DNA from: an uncultured virus (IMG/VR IMGVR_UViG_2061766007_004178)
Taxonomy: Duplodnaviria; Heunggongvirae; Uroviricota; Caudoviricetes
Virus record (IMG/VR): IMGVR_UViG_2061766007_004178
DNA: 64,000 nt
Direction: 5' to 3' (one strand)
In this document: in pieces, positions 22,559 to 32,840 of the stretch
Numbering within the stretch: the stretch's first letter is position 1
Layout of the letters: each line of letters begins with the position of its first letter
Notes under the pieces: generated by a model
Database searches by the model: none
What the model saw: the letters and a program-made list of their open reading frames with translations, nothing else
Told to the model about the DNA's origin: nothing
Made by a program: the position numbers and the translations under genes

Positions 22559-22831
22559 CTAGAATTTTTCACCACGGGCAGCTTTCGCAGTCGTCCCTGG
22601 CTTGACTAAGCCTTCGTCTTCGAATTGCTTTAGGAAGCCTAAGGCTCTAGCCCATAGAACTTTTTTGAACTGACCGAAATCATCGCAGTTGTTGGCAATG
22701 GTAATGATTTCCAAAAGCACTTGCTGCTTAATGACTTCGGCGCGTTTGTCCAAAGCCGCTATCACATCTTCGTTGAATCCGCCTGGCATATTATTTTCTA
22801 TATCTCCTTGGGACGAAATTGTATACGTCAT
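22559..22831 (-). CDS. hypothetical protein
   Basis: ORF. Confidence 0.65.
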   Translation of the reverse strand: MTYTISSQGDIENNMPGGFNEDVIAALDKRAEVIKQQVLLEIITIANNCDDFGQFKKVLWARALGFLKQFEDEGLVKPGTTAKAARGEKF

Positions 22832-23038
22832 CGTTCTTGTGCCTCGCCCAGTGGAAATAGATGCTGGCGTCGGCGTCGCGCAAAGGCTCGCCTTTGTCGA
22901 TGACGCTCACGAGAATGCTGAGCAACCTCTTCTTGAAGTCCTTGCTGACCGGTCCTGTGAATTCCTGTGTCGTTTCGTAATCGCCTAACATAATCTCATC
23001 GCCTTTCTTGCTTACGTTTATATTATACAACGGAGAAT

Positions 23039-23500
23039 TTACCTCGTAAACGCTTTTTGCGAGAAAACAAGATTCTCCAAAAGATTTTTATTATGCACGA
23101 CTATTTCGCCTTCGCCGTTTCTGTAAGCTGGGCAAGCCATTCCTGAGAACCCGGTGCTTATGACGAGCATCTGATTGTCTCGCAGCGCTGGCGTCCTGTG
23201 TAGCTTCTTGCCTTCCAATAGATAAGCTTTTTTATCTGCGCCGTCGAAGTTTTCGCCCATATATATGATATTAGCATTTTGAGTTTTCGTGGCATTATAG
23301 ATCCTTACGTCGGATTCAGCCAAAAATTCTGGCATATATTCCGGATAATCGTAAGTTTTGGCCGCATTGGTCAAAGTCGTGATGTCCTCTTCGGTCAGAT
23401 TGTCAAAATCCAAAGCGGTGCCGTCTACATTTGTCAGTGATACTCTGACCGTCGACAAACCATTCTCAGGCTTATTATATGTGTAGTTAATCAAGTGCAT
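23039..23500 (-). CDS. hypothetical protein
   Basis: ORF with own promoter. Confidence 0.7.
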   Translation of the reverse strand: MHLINYTYNKPENGLSTVRVSLTNVDGTALDFDNLTEEDITTLTNAAKTYDYPEYMPEFLAESDVRIYNATKTQNANIIYMGENFDGADKKAYLLEGKKLHRTPALRDNQMLVISTGFSGMACPAYRNGEGEIVVHNKNLLENLVFSQKAFTR

Positions 23501-23590
23501 GCTATTCGCCCTTCTTCTGTTACATTATTATACGATAATCGCAAAGAAAAAGACCGGCTGATTCCGGTCTTATTCGAAAGCTTTTTAACG

Positions 23591-24725
23591 TTAATCGCTT
23601 GAATCGTGCTCGTAGTGCTGGCTTTCGCCTGCGGTAAGTCCTAGAGCCTGCGCTTCTACTGGGATGTCCTTAGCTGCTATGGTTTCGATCATCAAGCCGT
23701 TGCCGGTACCTTCCCAATGGCTGGCGTCTTCNNNNNNNNNNNNACGTCGCCAGGCATCTCTGGGTTGTAATAGATATGCGTTATGGTATCGGTCCAGCCT
23801 GTGCCCTCTGAGTGATAAATCTCAGCGGAAACAGCCGCGACCTTGGCTTTGCTCATATCCGGAAGCACGTCTTTCGTGACGGTCGCCCATGAGGCTCCCT
23901 TCTCGACCTCAAAGGTATAAACGCCATTCTGCAGCGCTGCTTTATAAACCAGGCCGTCTATGACGAGATATCCGACTCGCCAGCGCCTAATCTCGTTGAT
24001 GCCTAGCTTTTGAATGGCATCGACGGCCATGTGGCTCGCGAAATCGGCCGAAATCGATAATATTTTATCTTTAAGCAATCTTGTTATGCGATCTGTCAGC
24101 AGCTGCGTATTGGCAAGGTCTTTCTGCCTCAGCCAATAGTATCCAGCGCCCTTGACGCCGAGCTGATAATCTTTGGCGATCGCTTCTTCGGCGCCGTAGC
24201 CGAACTGCGGCTCGAGAAAAACGTCATCGGCGATATCGTCGGTCTCGGCGGCCAGTTTATAGGCCGCAACGAGCTTNNNNNNNNNNNNNNNNNNNNNNNN
24301 NNNNNNNNNNNNNCCTGCCTCTTCTGCTCTCGCTCTTCGGCCGCTTTCCTATGTCTTTCTTCAACTTCGTTCTCGGCGGCTTTCTGAGCCTCGATCTGCT
24401 TGCTGGTCTTCAGCCTGTCCACGTATTGCGCGACCCAAAGCCTCTTCAAAGCCCTCGCGGCCTGCGCGTTGGCGCACTCTTTGATTTTGCCATAGAGCCA
24501 TTTGCCGGCGATGACGCCTTCTTCATTGAAGATGTCTGCCATATCGGCGTCTTTGATCAGCGCGTCATAGGCTTTGTGGAACGCTTCGACGTCGATGTAT
24601 CCCGGTCTTTCGCCTAAAGCGTCGTAAAAGCGCTTCTCAGCCTCCTGGTCTACGTGCGACTGCTGTGCGTCTATTTCTAATAGAAGCTCTTCTACCAAGG
24701 CTTCGCTGTAATCTTCGCGCATCAT
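23591..24725 (-). CDS. hypothetical protein, ~380 aa joined across gaps, downstream of GCTAAATTA
   Basis: AGGAG RBS; frames on either side of the gaps read as one protein. Confidence 0.6.
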
Positions 24726-24871
24726 AAATAGCTCCTTATATGTTGTTTTTCGTATTCTAGCTACCAAATAATTTAGCAAATAAACCAGCTTATAACAGAT
24801 GATTTCTCTTATCGCAAGCATAAAAAAGACGCAGACGGGGAATCTGCGCCTTAAATGCTTTATGAATGTCT

Positions 24872-25168
24872 TTACTTGAAATATTCGGTGACATCCACCC
24901 AGGAATTGCTGTCGCAGAACCAATAGGCGCCGTTCAATTCAACGACGTCCGATACGGACAGCGAATGGCCTTCGAAATCGGCCGGATGCTTCGCGTTGAA
25001 TATGTAATAGATTTTGTCGAGCGTGCCCTCGGTCGAGCCTGTCTCCTCGATTTCGCCGGAATAGACGAGCTTATAGTCTTTGGCCGAGAAGCGGTCTTTG
25101 CACCAAGACCACCACTCGAACGCGTAATCGCAGGTATCCGGCTCTACTTGGTATATCTTGTATTCCAT
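24872..25168 (-). CDS. YodL-domain protein
   Basis: YKIYQ, DYKLVYSG, IFNAKHPADFEGHSLSVSDVVEL. Confidence 0.85.
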   Translation of the reverse strand: MEYKIYQVEPDTCDYAFEWWSWCKDRFSAKDYKLVYSGEIEETGSTEGTLDKIYYIFNAKHPADFEGHSLSVSDVVELNGAYWFCDSNSWVDVTEYFK

Positions 25169-25175
25169 GGCCAGA

Positions 25176-25460
25176 CTATCCTATGATGTTCACAGGCGCG
25201 TCCGGATCCTCCGGTTCGAGCCTGCATGTGTCTTTCTGCTTGGTCATCGCGAAATCGTACGCCTGTTCGAACGTCTTGAACCAAACCTCGTCTCCGTCGA
25301 CGAATACGGTGTATCCGCCCGATTTGTACATCGAGCTGCCGGTCAGCTCGCCCATCTTGTCAAGATCGGTGATGCTCGTGCCGTTGACATTTATGATCGC
25401 GCCGAAGCATTCGACTTCTTCGACTTGGTATTTTTTTCCAGCGTGTATGTATGTTTCCAT
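25176..25460 (-). CDS. hypothetical protein
   Basis: ORF after GCTAAATTA. Confidence 0.6.
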   Translation of the reverse strand: METYIHAGKKYQVEEVECFGAIINVNGTSITDLDKMGELTGSSMYKSGGYTVFVDGDEVWFKTFEQAYDFAMTKQKDTCRLEPEDPDAPVNIIG

Positions 25461-25491
25461 CTTGAATTGCCCTCGCGTAATTTAGCGCATG

Positions 25492-25977
25492 CTATTTCCA
25501 CCAAACGGGACACGGGTACACGACCTTCGGTGCGGCGGCGTATTTCATGTCGTTGTTGGCTTTGATCGGCCCGTACATAAGATTGCAGCGGCGGTTGTCG
25601 AACGTATCTCCGTTCTTATAGCCTANNNNNNNNNNNNNNNNNNNNNNNNNNNNNNNNNNNNTTCTCTTGCCGCATTTCGCGGATCTGTCGTTCACGGTCG
25701 TCTTCGGATAGCCGGTCTTGCGCCTGTCGGAGGATACGCTCCACTTGCAGTCCCTGAACCTGTGGCCGACGCCGTCGTGCGTGACGAACACGGCGGATCT
25801 GGCCCAATCGAGGTCTACGGCGATCACGCCGTGGATGAGCTTCGAAGGAAGAAGGAAAAGGACGTTCTGCCTCTCATCCTCGTAGTACGCGTTCTTCCAT
25901 TTTAAATCGGGCGCGTGGAACATGCTTATGTCAGCCCCTGCAGGAGCTATGCCTTCTATGACGTTCTTGTCTTCCAT
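25492..25977 (-). CDS. HNH-endonuclease-like protein (gapped)
   Basis: KNGDTFDNRRCNL. Confidence 0.55.
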   Translation of the reverse strand: MEDKNVIEGIAPAGADISMFHAPDLKWKNAYYEDERQNVLFLLPSKLIHGVIAVDLDWARSAVFVTHDGVGHRFRDCKWSVSSDRRKTGYPKTTVNDRSAKCGKRXXXXXXXXXXXXXGYKNGDTFDNRRCNLMYGPIKANNDMKYAAAPKVVYPCPVWWK

Positions 25978-26207
25978 AAGTTTAGCCTCTCATATTGAGC
26001 TTCGCCCTGAGCGTCTTCTTCCAGGAGCCTTTCGACCTGACGTATTCGTAGCCATCGACGAATATCCTGCCCTTGGCTATCGTGAGCCTGCTCTCGCACA
26101 GAGGCTTCTTGGTCGGGCATTCCGGTATCGCCGCGCCTCCGATATGTATTCTGTCATCCACCAGGGATATGCGGCCGCACTTAGTCGCGCCTTTTATCTT
26201 CATAGGA

Positions 26208-26618
26208 TCATTCTCCTTTCTTATAGTAGCTCTTGAGCCTGAGCCCTTGGCGGTCGTATCCCGTTCCGCCTCTTCTGAGCCCTCTGTCAAGCTCCATATC
26301 CACGTACCTCTGATATATATCTATCGTCTTCTGAGGGACGTCCAATTTGAGCTCTGCGCATCTGCGCAAGGCCCAGTCAGTGGCGAAGTACTCGGACTCC
26401 GCCCTCCGCATATAGGATTTGGTCGTCTCTATATGCCCTATCTCATGCAATAGGGTGAAAGTCGAGGACAATCCGTTCGACGCCTTCCATTTGCATATCT
26501 TGCGCTCCTTCACGTGGGCGTGCGTCCTGCCGCGGCATCCATGCCCGTCAGATAGGATGATACGATATCTCTCCACGAGCTCGTTCTGAAGCTTTATATA
26601 TTTCCCTGTCTTATGCAT
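26208..26618 (-). CDS. putative zinc metallopeptidase (HExxH)
   Basis: FTLLHEIGH..ESEYFA; ends in TGA. Confidence 0.55.
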   Translation of the reverse strand: MHKTGKYIKLQNELVERYRIILSDGHGCRGRTHAHVKERKICKWKASNGLSSTFTLLHEIGHIETTKSYMRRAESEYFATDWALRRCAELKLDVPQKTIDIYQRYVDMELDRGLRRGGTGYDRQGLRLKSYYKKGE

Positions 26619-26947
26619 TCCCAATCCTCCTCTGAGAGTTCGTCTTCCTCTCGCTTGAATTTCTTGACGCAGTCCACGAGAGGGCCTGTATACTTGATGT
26701 CCTCGAAGAAATCCAAAATCTCCTGCTTCTCGTAGTTCCCGTTGTACAGGCAGCACTCGATGTCGCCCTTGTCGATGGCGTCGTCGATAGGCTGGCATCT
26801 GTGCTCGAACGCGAATTCGCTCGTGCCTTCCCGCTCTAAGATCTCCCGCTTAGAGGCGTTCCAATAGATCGGGCCGTCCACGACGGTCGACCACACGCCG
26901 TATTTCCCGTTCGGCTGCTTGAATACGATATGAGGCATATTACGCAT
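26594..26947 (-). CDS. hypothetical protein
   Basis: KQPNGKYGVWSTVVD; AGGAG RBS. Confidence 0.7.
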   Translation of the reverse strand: MRNMPHIVFKQPNGKYGVWSTVVDGPIYWNASKREILEREGTSEFAFEHRCQPIDDAIDKGDIECCLYNGNYEKQEILDFFEDIKYTGPLVDCVKKFKREEDELSEEDWECIRQGNI

Positions 26948-27237
26948 CTCCTTCTCCGGAAGCTTCCGGATTCCCTATAAGGCGCCTATACCGACGCCGT
27001 TCGGGGCTTACGGTATTATTATACGGTGCGGGCGAGGGAGATGTAAACGTTATTTGCGACTATTTTTGCTACTACTTATTACATGCATGCGGGTGCGCGC
27101 GTAAAAATTTTTTGGTCTCTCTTACGAAAGCCCCTAAAGGGGGTATGCCCCCAGAAAAAGCCCCTAGGCCCGATCGTTTCTAAGCCCTCTGGAAAGCCTC
27201 CTGGGAGGCCTGATACGGTTCATGAACCTCCCAAATC

Positions 27238-27256
27238 CGCACTGAAATTCAGTGCG
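27238..27256. repeat. palindrome CGCACTGAA-A-TTCAGTGCG, copy 1 of 3
   Basis: Other copies at 28642-28656 and 32369-32383, all intergenic. Confidence 0.8.
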
Positions 27257-27357
27257 ATGTGGAAAGATCTTTCTCCCTGATCCCTGGGATCGCCCTTTCC
27301 TTGTATATGAAAAAGCCCTCCCTTATGGGAAGGCTCTATCGTTTTTTTCCTTATGCC

Positions 27358-27576
27358 CTAGGTCAGGCAGTAGCCTATCCAGAGCAGCGCTATGAACAAG
27401 GCGTCCAAGACGAGCGACGTTACGAGGTAGGCGATCTCGCCTCCGTACTTCCTATGCCCGTGGCTCTCTCTGCCGAGCTGGATCACGGCGTATAGGGCGA
27501 ATGCCGTGAGCAAGGCGCATAATCCTAACGCGCCGGTCCCGGCCAGCGCCTCGAATAAGGTGACTCCGTCTCTCAT
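27358..27576 (-). CDS. small membrane protein
   Basis: Two hydrophobic segments. Confidence 0.6.
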   Translation of the reverse strand: MRDGVTLFEALAGTGALGLCALLTAFALYAVIQLGRESHGHRKYGGEIAYLVTSLVLDALFIALLWIGYCLT

Positions 27577-27884
27577 GCCTATGCCCTTCTTTCGGTTATA
27601 TTATACGGCATGGGCATTATGTTGTAAACGTTTTTCCTAATTCTTCAGCGGGCGGAGCTGGGAGATATGGCACACCTGCTCGGTCTCTCCGTCGGTTATG
27701 AGCACCAAGCCGTTGCCGATCTCTTTGGAGATGCGCACCTGCTTGCCTGCCGTGAACGTGTTCGTCATGACGTATGGGCGGCATCTGTCCGCGACGACGT
27801 GGGTGAATATCTGGTTATTCATTTGGATGTTCCTTTCCCATATCATTTATTATATCACGACGATATGATAAATGATACGGTTTT

Positions 27885-28292
27885 CTATAAGAACCTCTTC
27901 AAGGCCGAGAACGCTTTCTTAGTTCCGGTGAGCTCGTACACATTGTTCCCGAGGTCTTTGGCCTCCGTGAAGCCGAACGTCTTCTTCATCGTATCCGCGA
28001 GAGGCTCTCTGCCGAACTTGACGCTGCCTCCGATGGCCACCATCAGCGGAGCCATTCTCTGGACCGCCTCAGCGTAGCCCTTGCAGTCGACGGTTCTGGT
28101 CTCGACGTTCTTAGGCTTGATCTGGCTTACGATTTCCTCGTAGTTGAGTATGTCGCATTCTTCGATGTTGTCGAGCTTGAACTTGTCTGTGGTAGCGGCT
28201 TTGAGCGCCTTGACCACTTCTTCTCTGCTGATGATGAGGTCGTTGTAGTCGACGTCGCAGTCGATGCCGTTTACGGTGATTGTCTCTCTCAT
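27885..28292 (-). CDS. hypothetical protein
   Basis: ORF with GGAGG RBS. Confidence 0.7.
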   Translation of the reverse strand: MRETITVNGIDCDVDYNDLIISREEVVKALKAATTDKFKLDNIEECDILNYEEIVSQIKPKNVETRTVDCKGYAEAVQRMAPLMVAIGGSVKFGREPLADTMKKTFGFTEAKDLGNNVYELTGTKKAFSALKRFL

Positions 28293-28293
28293 G

Positions 28294-28539
28294 TTACTGT
28301 TCCTCCCAGTTTCCTTCTCTCTCGCGCTCTATCTCTTTGGCTTTGGCCACTTCGAGCTTGTACATCCTTCTCCACTTGATTTGGTGGTATATCATCAGGA
28401 TGAGCCGGATTGCGGCGAGCGAGAGCCAGAGAACCGTCAGGATTACATTGTCCTGGTCCTTCCAGGCGAACGACGCGAGCACGATGAAAAAGCCCATGAC
28501 CGCGAAGTCCCAAACCAATGTCCTCTCATGTCTAAGCAT
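28294..28539 (-). CDS. small membrane protein
   Basis: Two hydrophobic segments, charged tail. Confidence 0.65.
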   Translation of the reverse strand: MLRHERTLVWDFAVMGFFIVLASFAWKDQDNVILTVLWLSLAAIRLILMIYHQIKWRRMYKLEVAKAKEIEREREGNWEEQ

Positions 28540-28796
28540 ATTCGGTTCTCCTTACTCTATTATTATATCATGTTCCGGTTTCTAAGCGAACAAGTTTTTC
28601 GGCGAGCATCTCCAGTCCGACCTGGTCAGGGGATCCGATGCCACTGAATTCCAGTGCGATGTAGATGATGAGTCTGTCAGGACCTGACGATGTTCATCTG
28701 ACTGTCTCATGCACTGGATGACGGAAATTCACTAGATGACAGATCCCTGGAGGATCCGATGCTACTAACGATGCTACTGAAAACCGCCGGATACAG

Positions 28797-28823
28797 AAAA
28801 TCCCAGAGCCTCTCCTCTGGGAT
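28797..28823 (-). terminator. terminator of paralog array
   Basis: ATCCCAGAG..CTCTGGGAT hairpin followed by T run. Confidence 0.7.
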
Positions 28824-28830
28824 CCGTTGA

Positions 28831-29163
28831 TTATTTCTTCACTCGCTTTCCTTGCAGCTGGAGCCGCGTGCATACGTCGCCAGGCTCTTTCCAGTATTCA
28901 TAAAGATAGCTTGCGATGCGCGCCACTATCTTCGGTTCCCCTGACAGATTCCCATAGTCGACGTAATCGTCCATCCACATCGATAAATCCGGATCATATC
29001 AATCAGGCGTGAAATAGAAATCCGTGCAACCGCCTTTGAAACGGCTTGACGTGATGGTAAAGACATAGCCGGCTTTGGCTATTTGCAGATCGACGTTCTT
29101 ATGCCTGCGCAGCAAGTCCACCGCTTTCTGGACTATCTCCTTGCTTTTGTCGCTGTAGTCCAT
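28831..29163 (-). CDS. paralog array member 8 (absent from ORF track; TGA=Trp)
   Basis: KAVDLLRRHKNVDL..PD*YDP..DYGNLSGEPKIVARIASYLY. TGA 28999-29001 aligns with W of NWFDP in paralogs. Confidence 0.85.
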
Positions 29164-29164
29164 C

Positions 29165-29548
29165 TTAGCCTTTCCTCTTCTTTTTCTCGGCCATGAGATG
29201 CGTTATCATCTCTCCCCAATCCGGTCTGAGCCAGAGATTGTAGAGCATGAACGCCAGCCTCGCCACCATTCTGTCGAAATCAGGCAGATTAGCCGAAGCT
29301 TGCGGCAGATAATCGTCGATGACTGTGCGTCCGAGCGGATCGAACCAATTCTGCCCCAGCCTGAGCACATCATCGCCGTTCTGGCCTCTGAGACGCGACG
29401 ACTGTATGCGACACGCAATACCGGAGTCGGTCGGATAGGCGTCGATGAAAGCCATGTCGGTATGCTTGTGCTCGTTCAGCAAAGCGATCGCGGTTCCGAC
29501 CATCTTCATTCAGTCTTTGTAATTGTTCTTTATATACATGTCAGACAT
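29165..29548 (-). CDS. paralog array member 7 (TGA=Trp near N-terminus)
   Basis: RBS before 29548; YKD*MKMVGTAIALLNEHKHTD..NWFDP..VARLAFMLY. Confidence 0.8.
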
Positions 29549-29563
29549 CGTTGTTCTTCCTCT

Positions 29564-29923
29564 CTACCAACCAAGCTTCTTCTGGAGCGCAGTCAGCAAT
29601 TTGGTTCTGAAAGCGGCTTGGTCTTTCCAAGTGCCGTACAGAAACGCGGCGAAACGGGCGATTATCTTCTGCTCGTTTTTCAGATCGCCGTAATCAGTAA
29701 TCCAATCGATGGGAAGCTCATGAGTATCCGTATCGAACCAGCTTGGCGAGAATGAGAATTGCTCTTTGCCGCCATAGAAGCGCTTTGAGCCGATCGTGAT
29801 ATCCAAGCAGCCGGACGACTTGCCCGAGCTGAGAGCGGTAAAATCGGTGTGCTTGTGTCTGTTCAGCTGGTTCATCGCGGTCACCACCGCCGTCACTCGC
29901 GCGTCGAAACTATCCAACACCAT
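29564..29923 (-). CDS. paralog array member 6
   Basis: LNRHKHTDF..SWFDT..IARFAAFLY. Confidence 0.8.
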   Translation of the reverse strand: MVLDSFDARVTAVVTAMNQLNRHKHTDFTALSSGKSSGCLDITIGSKRFYGGKEQFSFSPSWFDTDTHELPIDWITDYGDLKNEQKIIARFAAFLYGTWKDQAAFRTKLLTALQKKLGW

Positions 29924-30320
29924 GCTCGTTCCTCCACTCTAGCGGCTTCTTGTGCACCAGCTTGCTCCTGCCGTCCGCGAACCAGCCGTCTCCCAAGCAC
30001 AGGCAGTACAGCCAGAAAGCCAGCCTAGCGACGACTTTGTCGTCTCCGGACAGCGAGCCATAGTCGGCGTAATCGTCTATCCACGCCACTCGCTGCTGTG
30101 GGTCGAAGTAGCTCCATGGGAGCAGCTCCTCAGTCGCATGCCCTGGCTTGTCAAAAGCCAGCGACATTATCTCCGTTTTGAGCCCGTAGATGCTTTTAGT
30201 GCTGTCATAATAGTACGGTTTCGCATTGGCGAATGACAGACCTAGGTCCTTTTTCTTGTTCAGAAGCACGGTCGCTTTCAGAAGCAGCTGTTTCCATCTG
30301 CTGAAATCCTGTTCGGTCAT
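29910..30320 (-). CDS. paralog array member 5
   Basis: LLNKKKDLGL..SYFDP..DYGSLSGDDKVVARLAFWLY. Confidence 0.8.
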   Translation of the reverse strand: MTEQDFSRWKQLLLKATVLLNKKKDLGLSFANAKPYYYDSTKSIYGLKTEIMSLAFDKPGHATEELLPWSYFDPQQRVAWIDDYADYGSLSGDDKVVARLAFWLYCLCLGDGWFADGRSKLVHKKPLEWRNEHGVG

Positions 30321-30322
30321 CG

Positions 30323-30736
30323 TTAATCCTTAAGTTCAAGGCCTGCTTTTTCAAGACCTTTTTCAATAAAGCCTTTGCCTAATCATTTGTAGTACATAAG
30401 ACTGGCGAGACGCGCTATGACTTTCTGATCGCCGGACAGGTTTTTGTAATCTACGTACTTATCGAGCCAAAAAGCTTTGTCTGCGGCAAAATGGTGGTCG
30501 TTGAAATCCCAATGATCGCTGCCGTCGGCGAATTTGTGCCCTTGAGCGATGGTAGGTCCTTCGACGCGCGTCTCCAAACGAGCGAACGGAAAATCGGTAT
30601 ATTCTATGGATGTGAAAGCGAAATCGATGTTCTTGTGCTTTCGCAGAAGCTCAACCGCATCTAGCAACAATTTTTTGTTTTTGTCGATTTCTTGTTCGGT
30701 TCAGGCCGGTCTAGTGCCTTCAAATGGGTCAATCAT
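30323..30736 (-). CDS. paralog array member 4 (two TGA=Trp)
   Basis: TGA at 30701 and 30383. ARLASLMYYK*LGKG aligns with ARLIFAIYAVWLGDG. Confidence 0.82.
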
Positions 30737-30749
30737 GCTATTTATCCTC

Positions 30750-31148
30750 TTAATTCCTGACTACGTTTTTATCGTGAGCGGCCATGGCGCTCGTCTCATC
30801 GAACATCCCATCGCCGACGTATGAGAAGAATATGAAGCATGCCAGACGCGCCAGCACTTTGTCTTCTCCGGTGAGCGTCTTGACGTTCCACAGATATCTG
30901 TCTATCCAGCATTCGCTATCCGTAAGGGAGTCAAACATCTCATCGCCCACAATCGTCACGCGCCTTACGTGCTCGCCCCAGCCTTGGCTGCCGTCGAAGC
31001 TCGGCGAAGTCATGTAGATGTCTGGGAGCTCGTGGCCGTTATACTCGAGATACTCGATCTCTCAGGTCATGTCTGTGAGCTTGCCATGCTTGTGCAGAAG
31101 CTCCAAAGCCTTGTCGAGCAAGTATACTTTTCTATTGTAGTCTATCAT
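30750..31148 (-). CDS. paralog array member 3 (TGA=Trp)
   Basis: DKALELLHKHGKLTDMT*EIE (TGA 31062)..EDKVLARLACFIF. Confidence 0.8.
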
Positions 31149-31151
31149 ATG

Positions 31152-31538
31152 CTAATCGCTCGCTTTCTTCTTAATCTTAATGTCTTCCATTTGCTGCAGA
31201 CCGGCATAGGTCGAACCGTCTCCAAGCCAGACCGCGTAAATGGCGAATATCAGTCTGGCCAAGACTTTCTGGTCGCCGTCTAATTTGCCGTACTCTGCGT
31301 GAAGATCGATGTTGACGGTCTCGTCGGGATCGAACCAGTTGTTCACGAACCTCAGCGGCATGAGATGGCTGTGAGGGGCGGACGCGAATTTGGTCGGCGA
31401 GCGCAGCCAGACCGCCGCGCCGTAGGAGTCGCACGGTATGACGGAGATTATCTTCAGGTCCGTGCCTTTGCGCTCATTCAGAAGTTTGACGGCTTTCTTT
31501 ACCATCTCTTCGGCCGCGTAGAAATTCATGTCGCCCAT
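31152..31538 (-). CDS. paralog array member 2
   Basis: KAVKLLNERKGTDL..NWFDP..DQKVLARLIFAIY. Confidence 0.8.
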   Translation of the reverse strand: MGDMNFYAAEEMVKKAVKLLNERKGTDLKIISVIPCDSYGAAVWLRSPTKFASAPHSHLMPLRFVNNWFDPDETVNIDLHAEYGKLDGDQKVLARLIFAIYAVWLGDGSTYAGLQQMEDIKIKKKASD

Positions 31539-31539
31539 A

Positions 31540-31878
31540 TTAATACTGTTTCAGGTCTCCCAACACGAACATATGGTACAGCCCGTACGCCAAACCGGCT
31601 ATGACGCGCTGATGCCAGTCGAGTTCCTCTGGGATGCCGGCGTTCATCAGCGGGTAGAATGTGTGGCGAGCGTCTCCGTCCCACCAATTGGTCAGCATCG
31701 AAAGCGTTTCGGTTTTCCCGAGCTTCTGAGACGTGACCGTGAAAGCTACTCTGTTGGCGAGCTTCACCATATTGCTGTGGTCGGGAATCTCTAAATCCAG
31801 GCCTTTCAGCCTGTTGATTTTCTCGATCGCGTCGTCGAGAAACAGTCTTTTCGTGAGCAGTTCGTTATATTGGGACAT
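31540..31878 (-). CDS. paralog array member 1
   Basis: DAIEKINRLKGLDL..NWWDG..QRVIAGLAYGLY; ATG directly after GCTAAATTA. Confidence 0.8.
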   Translation of the reverse strand: MSQYNELLTKRLFLDDAIEKINRLKGLDLEIPDHSNMVKLANRVAFTVTSQKLGKTETLSMLTNWWDGDARHTFYPLMNAGIPEELDWHQRVIAGLAYGLYHMFVLGDLKQY

Positions 31879-31917
31879 TCTGAATAATTTAGCTGATTAA
31901 GGAAAAGAGGTTATCTT

Positions 31918-32220
31918 TTAGATAACCCCGAGTCCTTGTCCCTTAAGCTTCGCATTCGTGACGAATAGCAAGATGTCGAACTTGCTTCTTTGTCTCTGGA
32001 GCGTATTGATGAAGTTCTTCTTGGCAGGAGTATCTTTGGCTTCTGCTACGACATTCTGAACGAACGCTCTGAATGCATTGGCATCGACTGTCTGGTCGCC
32101 GAACTTAGCGTTGATGTCATTCATGCTCTGGTCGAGATAATGACAGTAGCTGTTCTTGTTGTTGGTCAAGTCGTGCTTGAAGACGTCTTGTTCTGGGGTG
32201 ACGGAGTTTGTTTTTTTCAT
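31918..32220 (-). CDS. hypothetical protein
   Basis: Own TTTACA-17-TATAAT promoter and RBS. Confidence 0.75.
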   Translation of the reverse strand: MKKTNSVTPEQDVFKHDLTNNKNSYCHYLDQSMNDINAKFGDQTVDANAFRAFVQNVVAEAKDTPAKKNFINTLQRQRSKFDILLFVTNAKLKGQGLGVI

Positions 32221-32507
32221 ATCATTTTTCCTCTTTTCTTACATATATTATAATCTTTCCGGACCATTTTGTAAACGATAAAATAGCTTAAGCTAACTAT
32301 TTTCTTCGAATATGAACGGTGGCTCATATATCGAAAGATCCTGACAGGGTCTGAGGACGATCGTCATCCACTGAAATTCAGTGCGGATTTCTGACGGCGA
32401 CAGTTTCCTGAACCTCCAAGAGAACCTCCACTTCCGTCATGAGAAAAAGAAAAAGCCGGCTTCCCCAAGCTCGGCTTTTTCCCAGAAAGGAATGATATGA
32501 AATGTGG

Positions 32508-32840
32508 CTAAATGCAGATGTGTTTAGGAGACTTCATGTCTCTGAGGGCATAGCAGGCCTTGCAAAGCTCGCTCGCCTCCTTGAGAAGATATCGGTAATC
32601 AAGCTCGCAGTCTTTCTTCTTCTGTTTGTCTTCGAGCTTCATGAGCTGGCTCGTGATGGTGAAGTCGAAGTGCTGCGCCTTGCCGTGGCTGTCTTTGTCG
32701 ACGAAGCAGACGACGCGGTTGTAGAGATGCGCTTTGACGAAAGCGGTCGTGCCTCCGTATTTGCTGTATTCGTATGGCCCGACTTTCTCGAGCTTGTAGC
32801 CTCTCATTTTGAGAAGCTGTCTGTAGTCTTTAGCTTTCAT
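32508..32840 (-). CDS. hypothetical protein
   Basis: Own promoter and RBS. Confidence 0.7.
   Translation of the reverse strand: MKAKDYRQLLKMRGYKLEKVGPYEYSKYGGTTAFVKAHLYNRVVCFVDKDSHGKAQHFDFTITSQLMKLEDKQKKKDCELDYRYLLKEASELCKACYALRDMKSPKHICI

Noticed and set aside
2234..24725. Apparent frameshifts in the TerD-like, def, tdk and other genes
   Set aside because: Each coincides with an N gap of uncertain length.
28580..28830. CRISPR array
   Set aside because: Only short irregular repeats (GGATCCGATGC, GATGCTACT); no regular repeat-spacer periodicity seen anywhere in the window.
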